This document shows positions 47,659 to 57,459 of a stretch of 64,000 nucleotides of DNA, piece by piece. The stretch's first letter is position 1. Each line of letters opens with the position of its first letter. This DNA comes from a virus. Location: IMG/VR virus record IMGVR_UViG_3300004369_000006, positions 1 to 64,000 of that record; one strand, given 5' to 3'. Both the position numbers and the translations under genes were made by a program. Below the pieces are notes generated by a model, which saw nothing but the letters and a program-made list of their open reading frames with translations, made no database searches and was not told the origin of the DNA.

Positions 47659-47820
47659 ATGGAAGGAGGAAAAAGTAATAAGGTTCGGATTAGTTACCGT
47701 GTTTTAGAGCGCACTAAGGATTGGTTAGAGTGTAGGGCTAGTGAGAGGGGTATGACGGTAAGTGGGTTTATTGATTACTTGTGTATGTTTATGGAGGACA
47801 GTGATATTTTAAAGAAGTAA
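47659..47820 (+). CDS. Ribbon-helix-helix (Arc/CopG-like) DNA-binding protein, 53 aa (not in ORF track)
   Basis: MEGGKSNKVRISYRVLERTKDWLECRASERGMTVSGFIDYLCMFMEDSDILKK: beta-strand, helix, G-x-T/S-x-S helix pattern; stop 4 nt before the next ATG. Confidence 0.7.
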   Translation: MEGGKSNKVRISYRVLERTKDWLECRASERGMTVSGFIDYLCMFMEDSDILKK

Positions 47821-47824
47821 TATT

Positions 47825-48217
47825 ATGGAGGGCAAGGTAATTAGTATAAAGGCTGGGGATGTAAGGATGATGGTTAAGCAGTATTTGGTGTTATTGACTC
47901 CTTTGCATAAGTTAAGTCCTAAGGAGGTAGAGTTATTGACGGAGGTGATTTATGAGTATTTGGTTAGGAGGGGGGATTTTGCTAAGGAGGAGGATTGTTG
48001 GGAGAAGGTGTTTCACTATACTACGAAACGTGAGATTAAGGACAGGTTGATGATGGAGGATCAGACTTTGCAGAATAGGTTGACGCAGTTACGGAGAAAG
48101 AAGGCTATTACGAAGAATAGGGTACGGCAAGATTTGATTCCTGATATAGGATCTAGAACAAGTAATGCTTCGGAAGTTTTTAATATGACGTTTAGGTTTA
48201 TATACAGATGGGAGTAA
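47825..48217 (+). CDS. Hypothetical protein, possible winged-HTH
   Basis: LSPKEVELL...KREIKDRL...LQNRLTQLRRKKAI. Confidence 0.6.
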   Translation: MEGKVISIKAGDVRMMVKQYLVLLTPLHKLSPKEVELLTEVIYEYLVRRGDFAKEEDCWEKVFHYTTKREIKDRLMMEDQTLQNRLTQLRRKKAITKNRVRQDLIPDIGSRTSNASEVFNMTFRFIYRWE

Positions 48218-48492
48218 ACGATAATTCAAAATACAAGAACATAGAGATCTATCGGAGGGTAGCGGAGGAGTTAAAGGTGTCGGTAGATTTTGTGCATGAT
48301 GTATTTATGAGTGCGTGTAAGGAGGTGCATGAAACGATTATGGAGGTAGATCCTTATGAGGAGAAGTTGCCGAATGCGTATTTTTATAAGTTAGGGACCT
48401 TTTTTTGCCCTACGGGCATACAAGATAAAATAAATCAAAGTCGTTTAAATAAAAAAAAGAAAAATGGAAAAAGCGGAAGACGTAAAGTTTAG
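48208..48492 (+). CDS. IHF/HU-like DNA-binding protein
   Basis: IYRRVAEELKVSxDxV...KLGTF; IHF-like genes are known near the capsid module of crAss-like phages. Confidence 0.55.
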   Translation: MGVNDNSKYKNIEIYRRVAEELKVSVDFVHDVFMSACKEVHETIMEVDPYEEKLPNAYFYKLGTFFCPTGIQDKINQSRLNKKKKNGKSGRRKV

Positions 48493-49177
48493 TAGTCCTT
48501 TTGAGAAGATGCAAAGCATCATGGATAATGTGTTGGTCTTGGACTGGCTAATGCATGAGCCTACTAAGGATAAGATGATAGTACGGGAGTACCCCATCAA
48601 CATGAGCAGTATATTAGGAGGTATGGAAGGAGATACTTTGAATATGCTGACGGGTATTCCCTACTTGGTATTGAAAACAGGTCCACAGGTTGCGGAAGTA
48701 GAACCAGGCGATATCATTGATATGTCCAAGAGCTTTTGGTTAGAGGAGTACAATGAGAGTAAGGGTACACGTCCTAATATGATGAAGATTAGTATTGCTT
48801 CTTCAGGAGGATGGGTGATTATGGTTAATGAAGGCAATACGACTGCTATTAAAGACCGCCTTGACTTGGACAAGTACTTCGATGGTAAAATCTACAGTAC
48901 CGATAAAACGACTAAGACTACCATTATGCAGGTAGGTAAGTATGTTTTTATGACCTATCTAACCTCAAATAAGACATTTAGACTGTATGAGATACCTAAG
49001 GAGTATGCAAACATTAAGGAATGGATTAAGGAATCCAAAGCAAAAGACCTTATAGAGTTTATCTCGCATGTGGAAAAGCAGAATTTTATAGAAGTAGAAA
49101 CAGCAGAAACTTTAAGCGGACTGCATTATCGACTTTCTAAGGCGATAGAAGATAATGGTACTACTTATTTATATTAA
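48464..49177 (+). CDS. Hypothetical protein with possible GroES-like segment
   Basis: VLKTGPQVAEVEPGDII resembles GroES VxAVGP...VKxGD; weak. Confidence 0.5.
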   Translation: MEKAEDVKFSSPFEKMQSIMDNVLVLDWLMHEPTKDKMIVREYPINMSSILGGMEGDTLNMLTGIPYLVLKTGPQVAEVEPGDIIDMSKSFWLEEYNESKGTRPNMMKISIASSGGWVIMVNEGNTTAIKDRLDLDKYFDGKIYSTDKTTKTTIMQVGKYVFMTYLTSNKTFRLYEIPKEYANIKEWIKESKAKDLIEFISHVEKQNFIEVETAETLSGLHYRLSKAIEDNGTTYLY

Positions 49178-49202
49178 AAAGTCCCACTTATTAACATTCA
49201 CT

Positions 49203-49238
49203 ATAGGGTTATTCACAAAGGATAGCCCTATTTTGTTT
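49203..49238 (+). terminator. Intrinsic terminator
   Basis: ATAGGGTTATTC-ACAAA-GGATAGCCCTAT followed by TTTGTTT. Confidence 0.65.
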
Positions 49239-49251
49239 AATTTAGCGCAAT

Positions 49252-49803
49252 ATGAAATTATTTGAGTTTAGGAATCACAGTTTGCATATTTCAGAGATGG
49301 CATATGCGTTAGATCCGTTTAGAAAGATTTGGACTAGGGACAAGACCCGCAATAAACAAGTTGCTCAGAGTGAGTTATCGTATATTTATTTTATGTATGA
49401 CTTCCGTAGTGACTTTGTTGAGCAGTATGGTACAGAAGCAGAAAGAAATGAAGCAGTCTTGGAAACCTTAGGAGCACTAAAACCTACGTGGAAACCTGAC
49501 AAAGTAGTTAAAGAAGCTATTGATTTTTATTTAAACCATAGCGAGAATATAAAAATGAAAATGGTCAAGGATGTAATACAGTCTTTGCATAAGCTTAGAA
49601 AGTATTTTCAGACTATTGACTTTACGTTATTGGATGACAATGGTAAGCCTGTGTATGACATTACCAAGTACAGTAATGTAATTAAAGATTTAGAAAAGAA
49701 TATGTCTACCTTGGATAAGATGAAAGCTTTGGCATTAAAAGATGCGAAGGAAGCAGAAGCACGAGGTAGTATTGAAAAGAATGTATTTGAAGATGGATTC
49801 TGA
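49252..49803 (+). CDS. Conserved pre-terminase protein (candidate terminase small subunit)
   Basis: RDKTxxKxxAxxELxYIYFMxDxRS motif; overlaps the terL start. Confidence 0.55.
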   Translation: MKLFEFRNHSLHISEMAYALDPFRKIWTRDKTRNKQVAQSELSYIYFMYDFRSDFVEQYGTEAERNEAVLETLGALKPTWKPDKVVKEAIDFYLNHSENIKMKMVKDVIQSLHKLRKYFQTIDFTLLDDNGKPVYDITKYSNVIKDLEKNMSTLDKMKALALKDAKEAEARGSIEKNVFEDGF

Positions 49804-52153
49804 TATCATATTCCAAGATGACCCTGATATGCCTATCATAGGCGTAAACAGATACACTACGGCTATTACCGAAGAGCTAAAAGGTTCTATGCCTCCTGAG
49901 TTGTATGGGGATCTAATAGATATCATGAGTTCTATACACTTGGTTCAGGCTTTAAGTAAGAAAAATCGCAAGAGAGCCAAAGACTTACCTAAGGACAGTA
50001 CAGGCAGAATAGAGATAGATTTAGAAAACCCTCACATCCTTGAGGGAATGGATTACTTCCGCCAAGCAGCATTGCACTTTGAGGAACACGATAAGTACAC
50101 GTATCACTTCCCTAGTAAGTCAAAGACCAGTCCTTACTATCAGTTTTGGCAACAGGAAGTAGAACGATGCAAGTATGGGCTTATCCGTCCTGAAGATGGA
50201 GAGTGGATTACAGGGTATCATTATTTCTATTTGAACTATTCACGCATTGATAAGACGGTAGTTTTAGATGCCAGTATCCGAGATACTAATGCAGATGCTA
50301 TACGCGCAGAGAGGGTAGAAGGATTTCCTAACTTTTGGGATGGGGATTACTTGTTTTTTCACTACATCGAGAAAGCAGAGAGGCAGGGTAAGTACGCTAA
50401 CTTGCTGAAAACCAGGGGTCGAGGATTCTCATTCAAGATGGGAGCTATGTTAGCTCGCAATACGTTGCTGTATAAGAAGTCCAAGAATTATGCGATGGCA
50501 TCAGAAACAGAATACCTGACTAAGGATGGTATCTTGAACAAGTGCTACCGTGACTTAGATTTTTGTGCAGAAAGTACGCCATGGCCTAAGCTACGGATTA
50601 CAGACCAGGGAATGCACAAGGTATTAGGGTATCGCAATACCGAAACAGGGGTATTGTCAGGTATGCAGTCAGAAGTGATAGGGGTTACTACGAAAGACAA
50701 CCCTGATAGAGCACGGGGAAAGAGGGGTAAGCTAATTATCTTTGAAGAGTCAGGTAAGTATCCTAAGCTCGACAAGGTGTGGTCTATTGCTCGTCCTTCT
50801 ATGGAACAGGGTTCACACGTCTTTGGTATGATGGTAGCAGGGGGTACAGGTGGTACTACAGGAGCAGACTTTAGCACAGCTCTTAGGTTCTTTTACAGTC
50901 CCATTGGTTATCGGATATTACATACCAAGAATGTCTACGATAAAACACGTGGTAATGGCGTATGTTCTTTTTTCTTTCCTGAGTATTTAAACCGAGAAGA
51001 GTGCTATGACAAAGACGGTAACTCAGACGTGGTTAAAGCACTGGTAGAAGTCTTACACAAACGCTATGAGGTAAAGTATGGATCTGATGATCCTATGGCT
51101 TTAACACAGGAAAAAGCGGATAGACCTATTACGCCACAAGAAGCGGTAATGCGCACAGAGGGTTCTTTGTTTCCTATACAGAAGATTAAAGACCACTTGT
51201 CGCAGATACAGCCTAACCTGGCAGACTTTGTATCAGGGCATTATGTAGGTCGCATAGTACGTGATAGTTTAGGACAGCCTGAATGGAAGGTAGATGCTAA
51301 CCTACAGCCTATACGCAATTTTCCGCTTGCTAAGGACGAAAAAGTCTTTGGTGCTATAGAAATCTATGAGATGCCTAAAAAAGCAGCAGGGCAAAGCAAA
51401 CCTCCTATATGGCGATACATTGCAGGGATTGACCCCGTAGATGATGACTACGTAGTACAATCGTCTTCATTGGTATCTATCTTTGTGTTTGATACGTTTA
51501 CAGACAAGATAGTAGCGGAGTTCACAGGTCGTCCTAACCTTGCAGAAGAATTTTACGATATCTGTATTGACTTGCTAGAGTTTTATAACGCTATTGCAAA
51601 CTACGAAAACGATAAGAAAGGTTTGTATACCCACTTCTACAACAAGAAGAAGTTGCACTTGCTGTGTGATACGCCTAAGATACTACGGGATATGAACATG
51701 ATATCTGCAGTAGGACGGGGTAACAAGTCAAAGGGTACAGGTTCGTCTAAGCGTATTAACCAGTTTGGCAGACGTTTACAGCGCGACTGGATGCTTAAAG
51801 AGTCGGTAGGTAACCCTGACATTCAGAACCTATATACCATTCGCTCTGTGGCTTATTTAAAAGAGGCTGAGCAATGGAATCCCGATGGTAACTTTGACCG
51901 TGTATCTGCTATGGGTATGGTTATGATACTACGGGAAAATATACAGTTGCAGTTAGACTATCAAAACAGTGATGACTTCTCAGATGACAATTTATCAGAA
52001 GATCCATTTTGGGGCAAAAACTACGCTCCTTATGATGCCTACCAAGCTAAGTTTGCAGCAGAGGGTATAGATCAGAGGTTGGTAGATGCTTTGGTGTCCG
52101 AGCAACAAAAGAAACAAGTACAAGACAAATTAAACGAAAATTTTAACTTATAA
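49742..52153 (+). CDS. terL: Terminase large subunit
   Basis: ITGYHYFYLN, KxRGRGFS Walker A variant, FEESGK Walker B, GIDP nuclease Asp, NFDRVS; true start probably ATG 49793. Confidence 0.92.
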   Translation: MRRKQKHEVVLKRMYLKMDSDIIFQDDPDMPIIGVNRYTTAITEELKGSMPPELYGDLIDIMSSIHLVQALSKKNRKRAKDLPKDSTGRIEIDLENPHILEGMDYFRQAALHFEEHDKYTYHFPSKSKTSPYYQFWQQEVERCKYGLIRPEDGEWITGYHYFYLNYSRIDKTVVLDASIRDTNADAIRAERVEGFPNFWDGDYLFFHYIEKAERQGKYANLLKTRGRGFSFKMGAMLARNTLLYKKSKNYAMASETEYLTKDGILNKCYRDLDFCAESTPWPKLRITDQGMHKVLGYRNTETGVLSGMQSEVIGVTTKDNPDRARGKRGKLIIFEESGKYPKLDKVWSIARPSMEQGSHVFGMMVAGGTGGTTGADFSTALRFFYSPIGYRILHTKNVYDKTRGNGVCSFFFPEYLNREECYDKDGNSDVVKALVEVLHKRYEVKYGSDDPMALTQEKADRPITPQEAVMRTEGSLFPIQKIKDHLSQIQPNLADFVSGHYVGRIVRDSLGQPEWKVDANLQPIRNFPLAKDEKVFGAIEIYEMPKKAAGQSKPPIWRYIAGIDPVDDDYVVQSSSLVSIFVFDTFTDKIVAEFTGRPNLAEEFYDICIDLLEFYNAIANYENDKKGLYTHFYNKKKLHLLCDTPKILRDMNMISAVGRGNKSKGTGSSKRINQFGRRLQRDWMLKESVGNPDIQNLYTIRSVAYLKEAEQWNPDGNFDRVSAMGMVMILRENIQLQLDYQNSDDFSDDNLSEDPFWGKNYAPYDAYQAKFAAEGIDQRLVDALVSEQQKKQVQDKLNENFNL

Positions 52154-52156
52154 GAA

Positions 52157-54523
52157 ATGGATAGAGTATTAAGTGAGTTTCCAAGACAGAAGCTCCCAAT
52201 TAGCAAAAAGAACAAGAAGTGGCGTGAGCAGTGCGTTGATGCCTTAGACATCGGCGGATACTTTGTATCTGAGCACACCCGTAAGTCAGTACGTGACAAG
52301 AAGATTAACATGGACTTGTACTACGGTAAAGTAGATAAATCTGAAGTAGTAGCGGTATGTAATCCTACAGGGTTGCAAGAGCTGAATATCGTACCTGATA
52401 ACCTACAGCATTATCCGCTTATATCACCCCGTGTAGATATCCTACTTGGTGAGGAAGCAAAAAGACGATTTGATTGGAAAGTAATGGTAACGAATCCTAC
52501 TGCTATTTCCATGAAAGAATCACGGCTTATTGAAGAAGTACGTAATCGTGTAGTCAGTCTTATTCAGAATACGGCTATGAACCAACAAGAGTTGGAGCGT
52601 GAGATGAAAAAGTTACAAGACTATGTAAGCTACGACTATCAGGATATGGTAGAGGTAGTAGGTACTAAGATTCTTAAGCACTACTGGAATGAGTATCAGA
52701 TGCATGACATCTTCAACCGTGGCTTTTTTGATGGCTTGGTTATGGGTGAGGAAATCTATTATTCCTATGTCAGCAACGGTGAGCCTATCTTACGTAAGCT
52801 AAATCCTCTTTCAGTACATACTCTGCGGTCAGGATACTCTAACAAGATTGAGGATTCTGATATCATTGCTATTGAGGAGTATTGGTCACTAGGACAAGTA
52901 CTTGATCACTTCCATGACTTTTTAAGTCCTAAGGATGTAGACAGGGTAGAGCGTTGGGCTGTAGGGTCTAAGAACAATGCTAAAGATCCTTTTGTTTCCG
53001 AGCAGCCTTATGAGCCCATTATCGGGTCTATAGTAGCGGCAGATGGTTCAGAGGATTTCTTAATAGATACCTTACAGCATACCTTGCAAATGAATGGTGC
53101 ATCTATTGGTCAACCATTTGATTACTCAGGTAACATTCGTGTATTGCAGGTATTTTGGCGCAGTATGCGTAAGATGTTGAAGGTACGCAGATTGGATGAA
53201 TTTGGAGATTGGATAGAAGAACTTATGCCTGAAAACTACATCATTCGTGCTGATGAAGGTGAAACTGCAGAAACAGTTTACATCAACGAATGGTGGGAAG
53301 GAGTTAAACTAGGAACAGATGTGTATCCTTATGTACGTCCTAAGATGGAGCAGTACCGTAAGTTAAATAACCCTAGCGTATGTTTTCCTGGCATTTCAGG
53401 GATTATCTACTCACACAATGGACAGCAAGCTCATTCGCTTGTAGACAGGGCTAAGAACGTCCAATATTTGTATGATGTAGTACACCACCGTCTTAACGAA
53501 GCATTAGCTACTAACCACGGTAAATTACTTGAAATGGACTTTGCATCAGTGCCTAAAGGTTGGGATGTAAAGCAATGGCTTACTTACGCTAAAAAAGCTA
53601 AAATTGTAGTACGTGATAGTTTCAAAGAAAACACTAAAGGTGCTAACGTAGGTACAATATCAGGCAACATGGCACGTGGGGGCCACGGAGTCATAGATGC
53701 TGAACAAGGTGCATTCCTGCAACAGCACATTGCCATTATGGAATATCTACGTAGGCAGATAGGTGAGATTACAGGTATTACTGAACAGCGTTTGGGTAAC
53801 ATTGCCAACCGTGAAACCGTAGGCGGTGTAGAGCGTTCTGTAGCACAATCATCTCATGTAACCGAGTATTGGTTTGCACAACATGAGCAAGCTAAGATTA
53901 AAGCTCTGGAGATGTTTTTAGAAACTGCTAAGCTTGCACTTAAAGGCAAGAACAAAAAAGCGCAGTACATCTTAGACGATGCTAGTATTGAAATCCTTGA
54001 TTTAAATCCTGAGGTTCTACTTAACGCAGACTTAGGTATCTCTTTGGTATCTAGTGTACAATCGCAAGAACTTAAGCAGAACATTCAGCAACTTGCTCAT
54101 GCCGCAATGCAAAACGGAGCTATTCAGTTGTCTACTCTTGTAGATATCTATACCGATGGTTCTATTGCTACTATGCGTAAGCGTATTAAGGACGGAGAAG
54201 ATTCTATTATGCAACGTCAAGAGCAACAGCAACAACAAACTATGCAACTTCAACAGCAGCAATTACAAATGCAAGCGTTGAAAGAGCATAACAATATGTT
54301 AGCGGATATGCAGAAGTTTACCCTGAATTTAGATCTTGAAAATGCTAAGCTGTCAAGTAAGGAACAAGTTGAGCTAGAAAAGATCCAAATAGAAAGGGAA
54401 AAAGTAAACCAACAAATGTTGCAGTTTATTCAGGAACAAACTAACAAGTTAAAAATGAATCAAGACGACAACAATACGGATAAGTACGTAGCTGACAAAA
54501 GAAATACTCAGCGAAATACTTAA
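52157..54523 (+). CDS. Portal protein
   Basis: Follows terL; FPRQKL start, LLGEE, GITEQRLG...ETVGGVERS, C-terminal coiled-coil barrel. Confidence 0.88.
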   Translation: MDRVLSEFPRQKLPISKKNKKWREQCVDALDIGGYFVSEHTRKSVRDKKINMDLYYGKVDKSEVVAVCNPTGLQELNIVPDNLQHYPLISPRVDILLGEEAKRRFDWKVMVTNPTAISMKESRLIEEVRNRVVSLIQNTAMNQQELEREMKKLQDYVSYDYQDMVEVVGTKILKHYWNEYQMHDIFNRGFFDGLVMGEEIYYSYVSNGEPILRKLNPLSVHTLRSGYSNKIEDSDIIAIEEYWSLGQVLDHFHDFLSPKDVDRVERWAVGSKNNAKDPFVSEQPYEPIIGSIVAADGSEDFLIDTLQHTLQMNGASIGQPFDYSGNIRVLQVFWRSMRKMLKVRRLDEFGDWIEELMPENYIIRADEGETAETVYINEWWEGVKLGTDVYPYVRPKMEQYRKLNNPSVCFPGISGIIYSHNGQQAHSLVDRAKNVQYLYDVVHHRLNEALATNHGKLLEMDFASVPKGWDVKQWLTYAKKAKIVVRDSFKENTKGANVGTISGNMARGGHGVIDAEQGAFLQQHIAIMEYLRRQIGEITGITEQRLGNIANRETVGGVERSVAQSSHVTEYWFAQHEQAKIKALEMFLETAKLALKGKNKKAQYILDDASIEILDLNPEVLLNADLGISLVSSVQSQELKQNIQQLAHAAMQNGAIQLSTLVDIYTDGSIATMRKRIKDGEDSIMQRQEQQQQQTMQLQQQQLQMQALKEHNNMLADMQKFTLNLDLENAKLSSKEQVELEKIQIEREKVNQQMLQFIQEQTNKLKMNQDDNNTDKYVADKRNTQRNT

Positions 54524-54577
54524 TCTACTTTGTTGGTATTAAAAAACTATACCTACCTAAAAGTACACTTTATATGC

Positions 54578-54609
54578 CTTGTTATTATACTTTTATGGTT
54601 GTAGTTTTG
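54578..54609 (+). promoter_or_regulatory. Bacteroidota sigmaA promoter upstream of scaffold/MCP
   Basis: CTTG, 20-nt spacer, TAGTTTTG. Confidence 0.6.
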
Positions 54610-54645
54610 TAAAGAAGCAATAGGAGAACTTTAAATTAAAATAAT

Positions 54646-55833
54646 ATGTCAACAGAAAACGACAATTTATTTAGCGATGTTAGCTTTGAGGATGTAGCAG
54701 ACTTCCTCGATAATACCATGGCTGATGTAGAGCAAACGCCTGATGTCCCTGAAATGGACACAGACACCACCGAAGTAAACGATTCTGTAATCCAGGAATT
54801 ATCCGATGAGGATCCTGTAGATTTAGATGGTTTTGATAATATAAATACCAGTGAGGGTGCAAGCCTAGAGAACGTAGCTGGAGAAAGTCAAGAGAGTGCA
54901 AGTAGTGCACCTTCCAGTCCAAGTTCTCCTTCCAGCGTTTATCACGCCCTTGCTTCCGCTTTACATCAGGAAGGTGCGCTACCCTCTTTTGATCCTGAAA
55001 AACAAAAAGTTGAAGATGTAGAAGGGCTTATTTCTGCCATCCAAAACGAAATCAGGAATCAAGAATTAGCGCATTTATCAGACCGACAAAAGCGTGTGCT
55101 TAAAGCCTTTGAAACAGGAATCCCTGAAGAAGAGATTGTAAGCTACGAAAAATCTATTGATGACTTGTCTAGCATTAGCGATGACGAAATCAAAGAGAAT
55201 GTCGAGTTACGTCAGACTATTATTACCGAAGCTTATAAAGCTCAAGGTATGAGTGCTGACAAAGCGCAGAAGTTAGCTAAGCGTGCATTTGATGCAGGTG
55301 AGGATTTAGAAGAGGCTATGGAAAGTCATCAGTTCCTCAAGCAACAAATGGAAGCTGAATACGAGAACCGTCTTAAGATGGAACAAGAACAACGTAAGCA
55401 GTACGAAGCTGAAGCTAAACAACGCATTGAGGACATCAAGAAAACCGTATTTGATGAGAAGAATGAAATCATCAAAGGCGCACCTGTAACAAAGAACATT
55501 CGTACTAAAGTGTATGAGTCTATGACTAACGTTGCAGGTCATGATGAACAAGGTCGTCCATATAACCAAATTATGCAGGCACGTATGGAAAACCCAACAA
55601 ATTTTGAGATTGCATTGCACACTGCTTTTGTACTTACTAATGGATTTAAAGACATGAGTAAGCTAGTACAAAAAAGCAAGAGTGATGCAGTATCTGAACT
55701 AGATAAAACATTACGCAGTGGGGTATTAGATTTTGGCATTGGTTCACCAGCGTCATCTACAGACCCAGGAGCTCCTAATGATCCTAACTTTGGTAAGGAA
55801 CTTGAAGAGCTAGCACGTAATTTATTAGGTTAA
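54646..55833 (+). CDS. Capsid scaffolding-like protein
   Basis: Highly acidic disordered N-terminus and coiled coils, between portal and MCP. Confidence 0.65.
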   Translation: MSTENDNLFSDVSFEDVADFLDNTMADVEQTPDVPEMDTDTTEVNDSVIQELSDEDPVDLDGFDNINTSEGASLENVAGESQESASSAPSSPSSPSSVYHALASALHQEGALPSFDPEKQKVEDVEGLISAIQNEIRNQELAHLSDRQKRVLKAFETGIPEEEIVSYEKSIDDLSSISDDEIKENVELRQTIITEAYKAQGMSADKAQKLAKRAFDAGEDLEEAMESHQFLKQQMEAEYENRLKMEQEQRKQYEAEAKQRIEDIKKTVFDEKNEIIKGAPVTKNIRTKVYESMTNVAGHDEQGRPYNQIMQARMENPTNFEIALHTAFVLTNGFKDMSKLVQKSKSDAVSELDKTLRSGVLDFGIGSPASSTDPGAPNDPNFGKELEELARNLLG

Positions 55834-55858
55834 TATTAAAAGCTAAATTTTATAAACA

Positions 55859-57373
55859 ATGAGTCGTATAAGTATCTTACAAACGTCCGCGTCAAAAGCG
55901 TGGTCAGGATTTACCGACAAAAATCACATCGGTCAAATCTTCCATTCAAAGCCACAAGTTGCTAGCAACATTGTGAGCCGTATGCTTGCTCAAACTCATG
56001 GTTCTTCATTGAACATGACTTTGGACAGTATCCCCGCCCTGTATCTTGATACAGATGATGATTACACTTGGCAGTTAATTGGTAGCTCAGATCGTAACAT
56101 CGAGCTTGTAGAAGCTTGGAGTGATCCTACTGGAACTGTTATTTTATCTACTGACACTAACATTGGTATCGCAGGACAAGAGTTTTATCTTGTATTCCCT
56201 GAGCGTTGGTTTTCTGATGTAAACGTAATCGTAGGTGAGAAAAACGAAATTTATCCTATTCAAGTAGTAGCTGATCCACAGCCACACGGAACCGACTGGG
56301 TTTACAAGTGTGTTATGTGGGGTGATGCTCAGACTGAAGGTATGCCTGGCGAAGAACTCGTAGGTGGTAAGCGTTTCAGCAAAGAAGCATCTCCTGTAGA
56401 AGACGCTCTGTCTGTAAAAGGTGGTGAAGTTGGGTTCAGCTCACCAATCACTTTCCGTAACCACTTCTCACAAATTCGTATGCAGTATGAAGCTCCTGGC
56501 AACATGCGCAACATGAAGTTTGTTGGTTCTAAAGTGCCTTACGTAGACAATTCAGGAAACAAAAAAGAATTTGTTACTTGGATGGACTGGTTGAACTATG
56601 AGTTCGAATATCAGTTTGATCGTGAGAAAACAAAATGGATTTGGTTTGGACGTAGTGCTCGTGATGCAGGTGGTCGTTTCTTGAACAAAGGAAAATCAGG
56701 TCGTGTAATTCGTGCAGGTGCTGGTATCCGTGAGCAAATGGAAACTGCTAACACTTATTACTACAACTACTTCTCGATTGACTTGCTTACAAACATCTTG
56801 ACTGACTTGGCTGAAAACAAGTTGGAGTATGATGAGCGTAAGTTTGTTATTCGTACTGGAGAGCGTGGTGCTATCCTTTTCCACAAAGCTGTATCTGATG
56901 TAGCTTCAGGATGGACTCCACTTCAGGATTCTACTGCTCAGTCTAGCACCCAATCTATGTTGCATGAAAATGCTCGTAAATTCGGTTACCAATACACTGA
57001 GTACATGGCTCCTAACCAGATTCATGTGAAAATCGAAGTAGATCCTTTGTATTCTGATCCTGTACGTAACAAGATCCCTGCACCTTCTAATGGTCACTTC
57101 ATTGGAGGTTTGGCAGAGTCTTACCGTATGGACATCTTAGACATCGGTACTATTGATGGTGAGCCTAACATTCGCAAGGTATATCCTAAGAATGAGCCAG
57201 ATGTAACTGCTTACATCCCTGGACTTCGTGATCCATTTAGCCCAACTGGTGCTAAGCCTAAGCAAATTGCAAGCCCTAAAGACGGTTACTATGTAACTAA
57301 GTTTGCAACTTGTTCTGCGATGGTGAAAGACCCAACTCGCACTGCAAGCTTGATCCCATCAATCTTGCGTTAA
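55859..57373 (+). CDS. Major capsid protein (crAss type)
   Basis: 504 aa; DDYTW, GAGIREQ, TGERG motifs; highly-expressed codon usage; position. Confidence 0.88.
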   Translation: MSRISILQTSASKAWSGFTDKNHIGQIFHSKPQVASNIVSRMLAQTHGSSLNMTLDSIPALYLDTDDDYTWQLIGSSDRNIELVEAWSDPTGTVILSTDTNIGIAGQEFYLVFPERWFSDVNVIVGEKNEIYPIQVVADPQPHGTDWVYKCVMWGDAQTEGMPGEELVGGKRFSKEASPVEDALSVKGGEVGFSSPITFRNHFSQIRMQYEAPGNMRNMKFVGSKVPYVDNSGNKKEFVTWMDWLNYEFEYQFDREKTKWIWFGRSARDAGGRFLNKGKSGRVIRAGAGIREQMETANTYYYNYFSIDLLTNILTDLAENKLEYDERKFVIRTGERGAILFHKAVSDVASGWTPLQDSTAQSSTQSMLHENARKFGYQYTEYMAPNQIHVKIEVDPLYSDPVRNKIPAPSNGHFIGGLAESYRMDILDIGTIDGEPNIRKVYPKNEPDVTAYIPGLRDPFSPTGAKPKQIASPKDGYYVTKFATCSAMVKDPTRTASLIPSILR

Positions 57374-57384
57374 TATATATAGCT

Positions 57385-57421
57385 AAGGAAACGGGGGAAG
57401 AAAACTTCCCCCACCTTCCTT
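57385..57421 (+). terminator. Strong hairpin after MCP (terminator or mRNA-stabilising stem; no U-tract)
   Basis: AAGGAA..GGGGGAAG-AAAA-CTTCCCCC..TTCCTT. Confidence 0.6.
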
Positions 57422-57459
57422 AAAATAGTAATTTGGAAGCAATTAAATAAGGAGAAAAA

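Noticed and set aside
49209-49217. Consensus DnaA box TTATTCACA
   Set aside because: Single copy inside a terminator hairpin; plausible by chance in AT-rich DNA.
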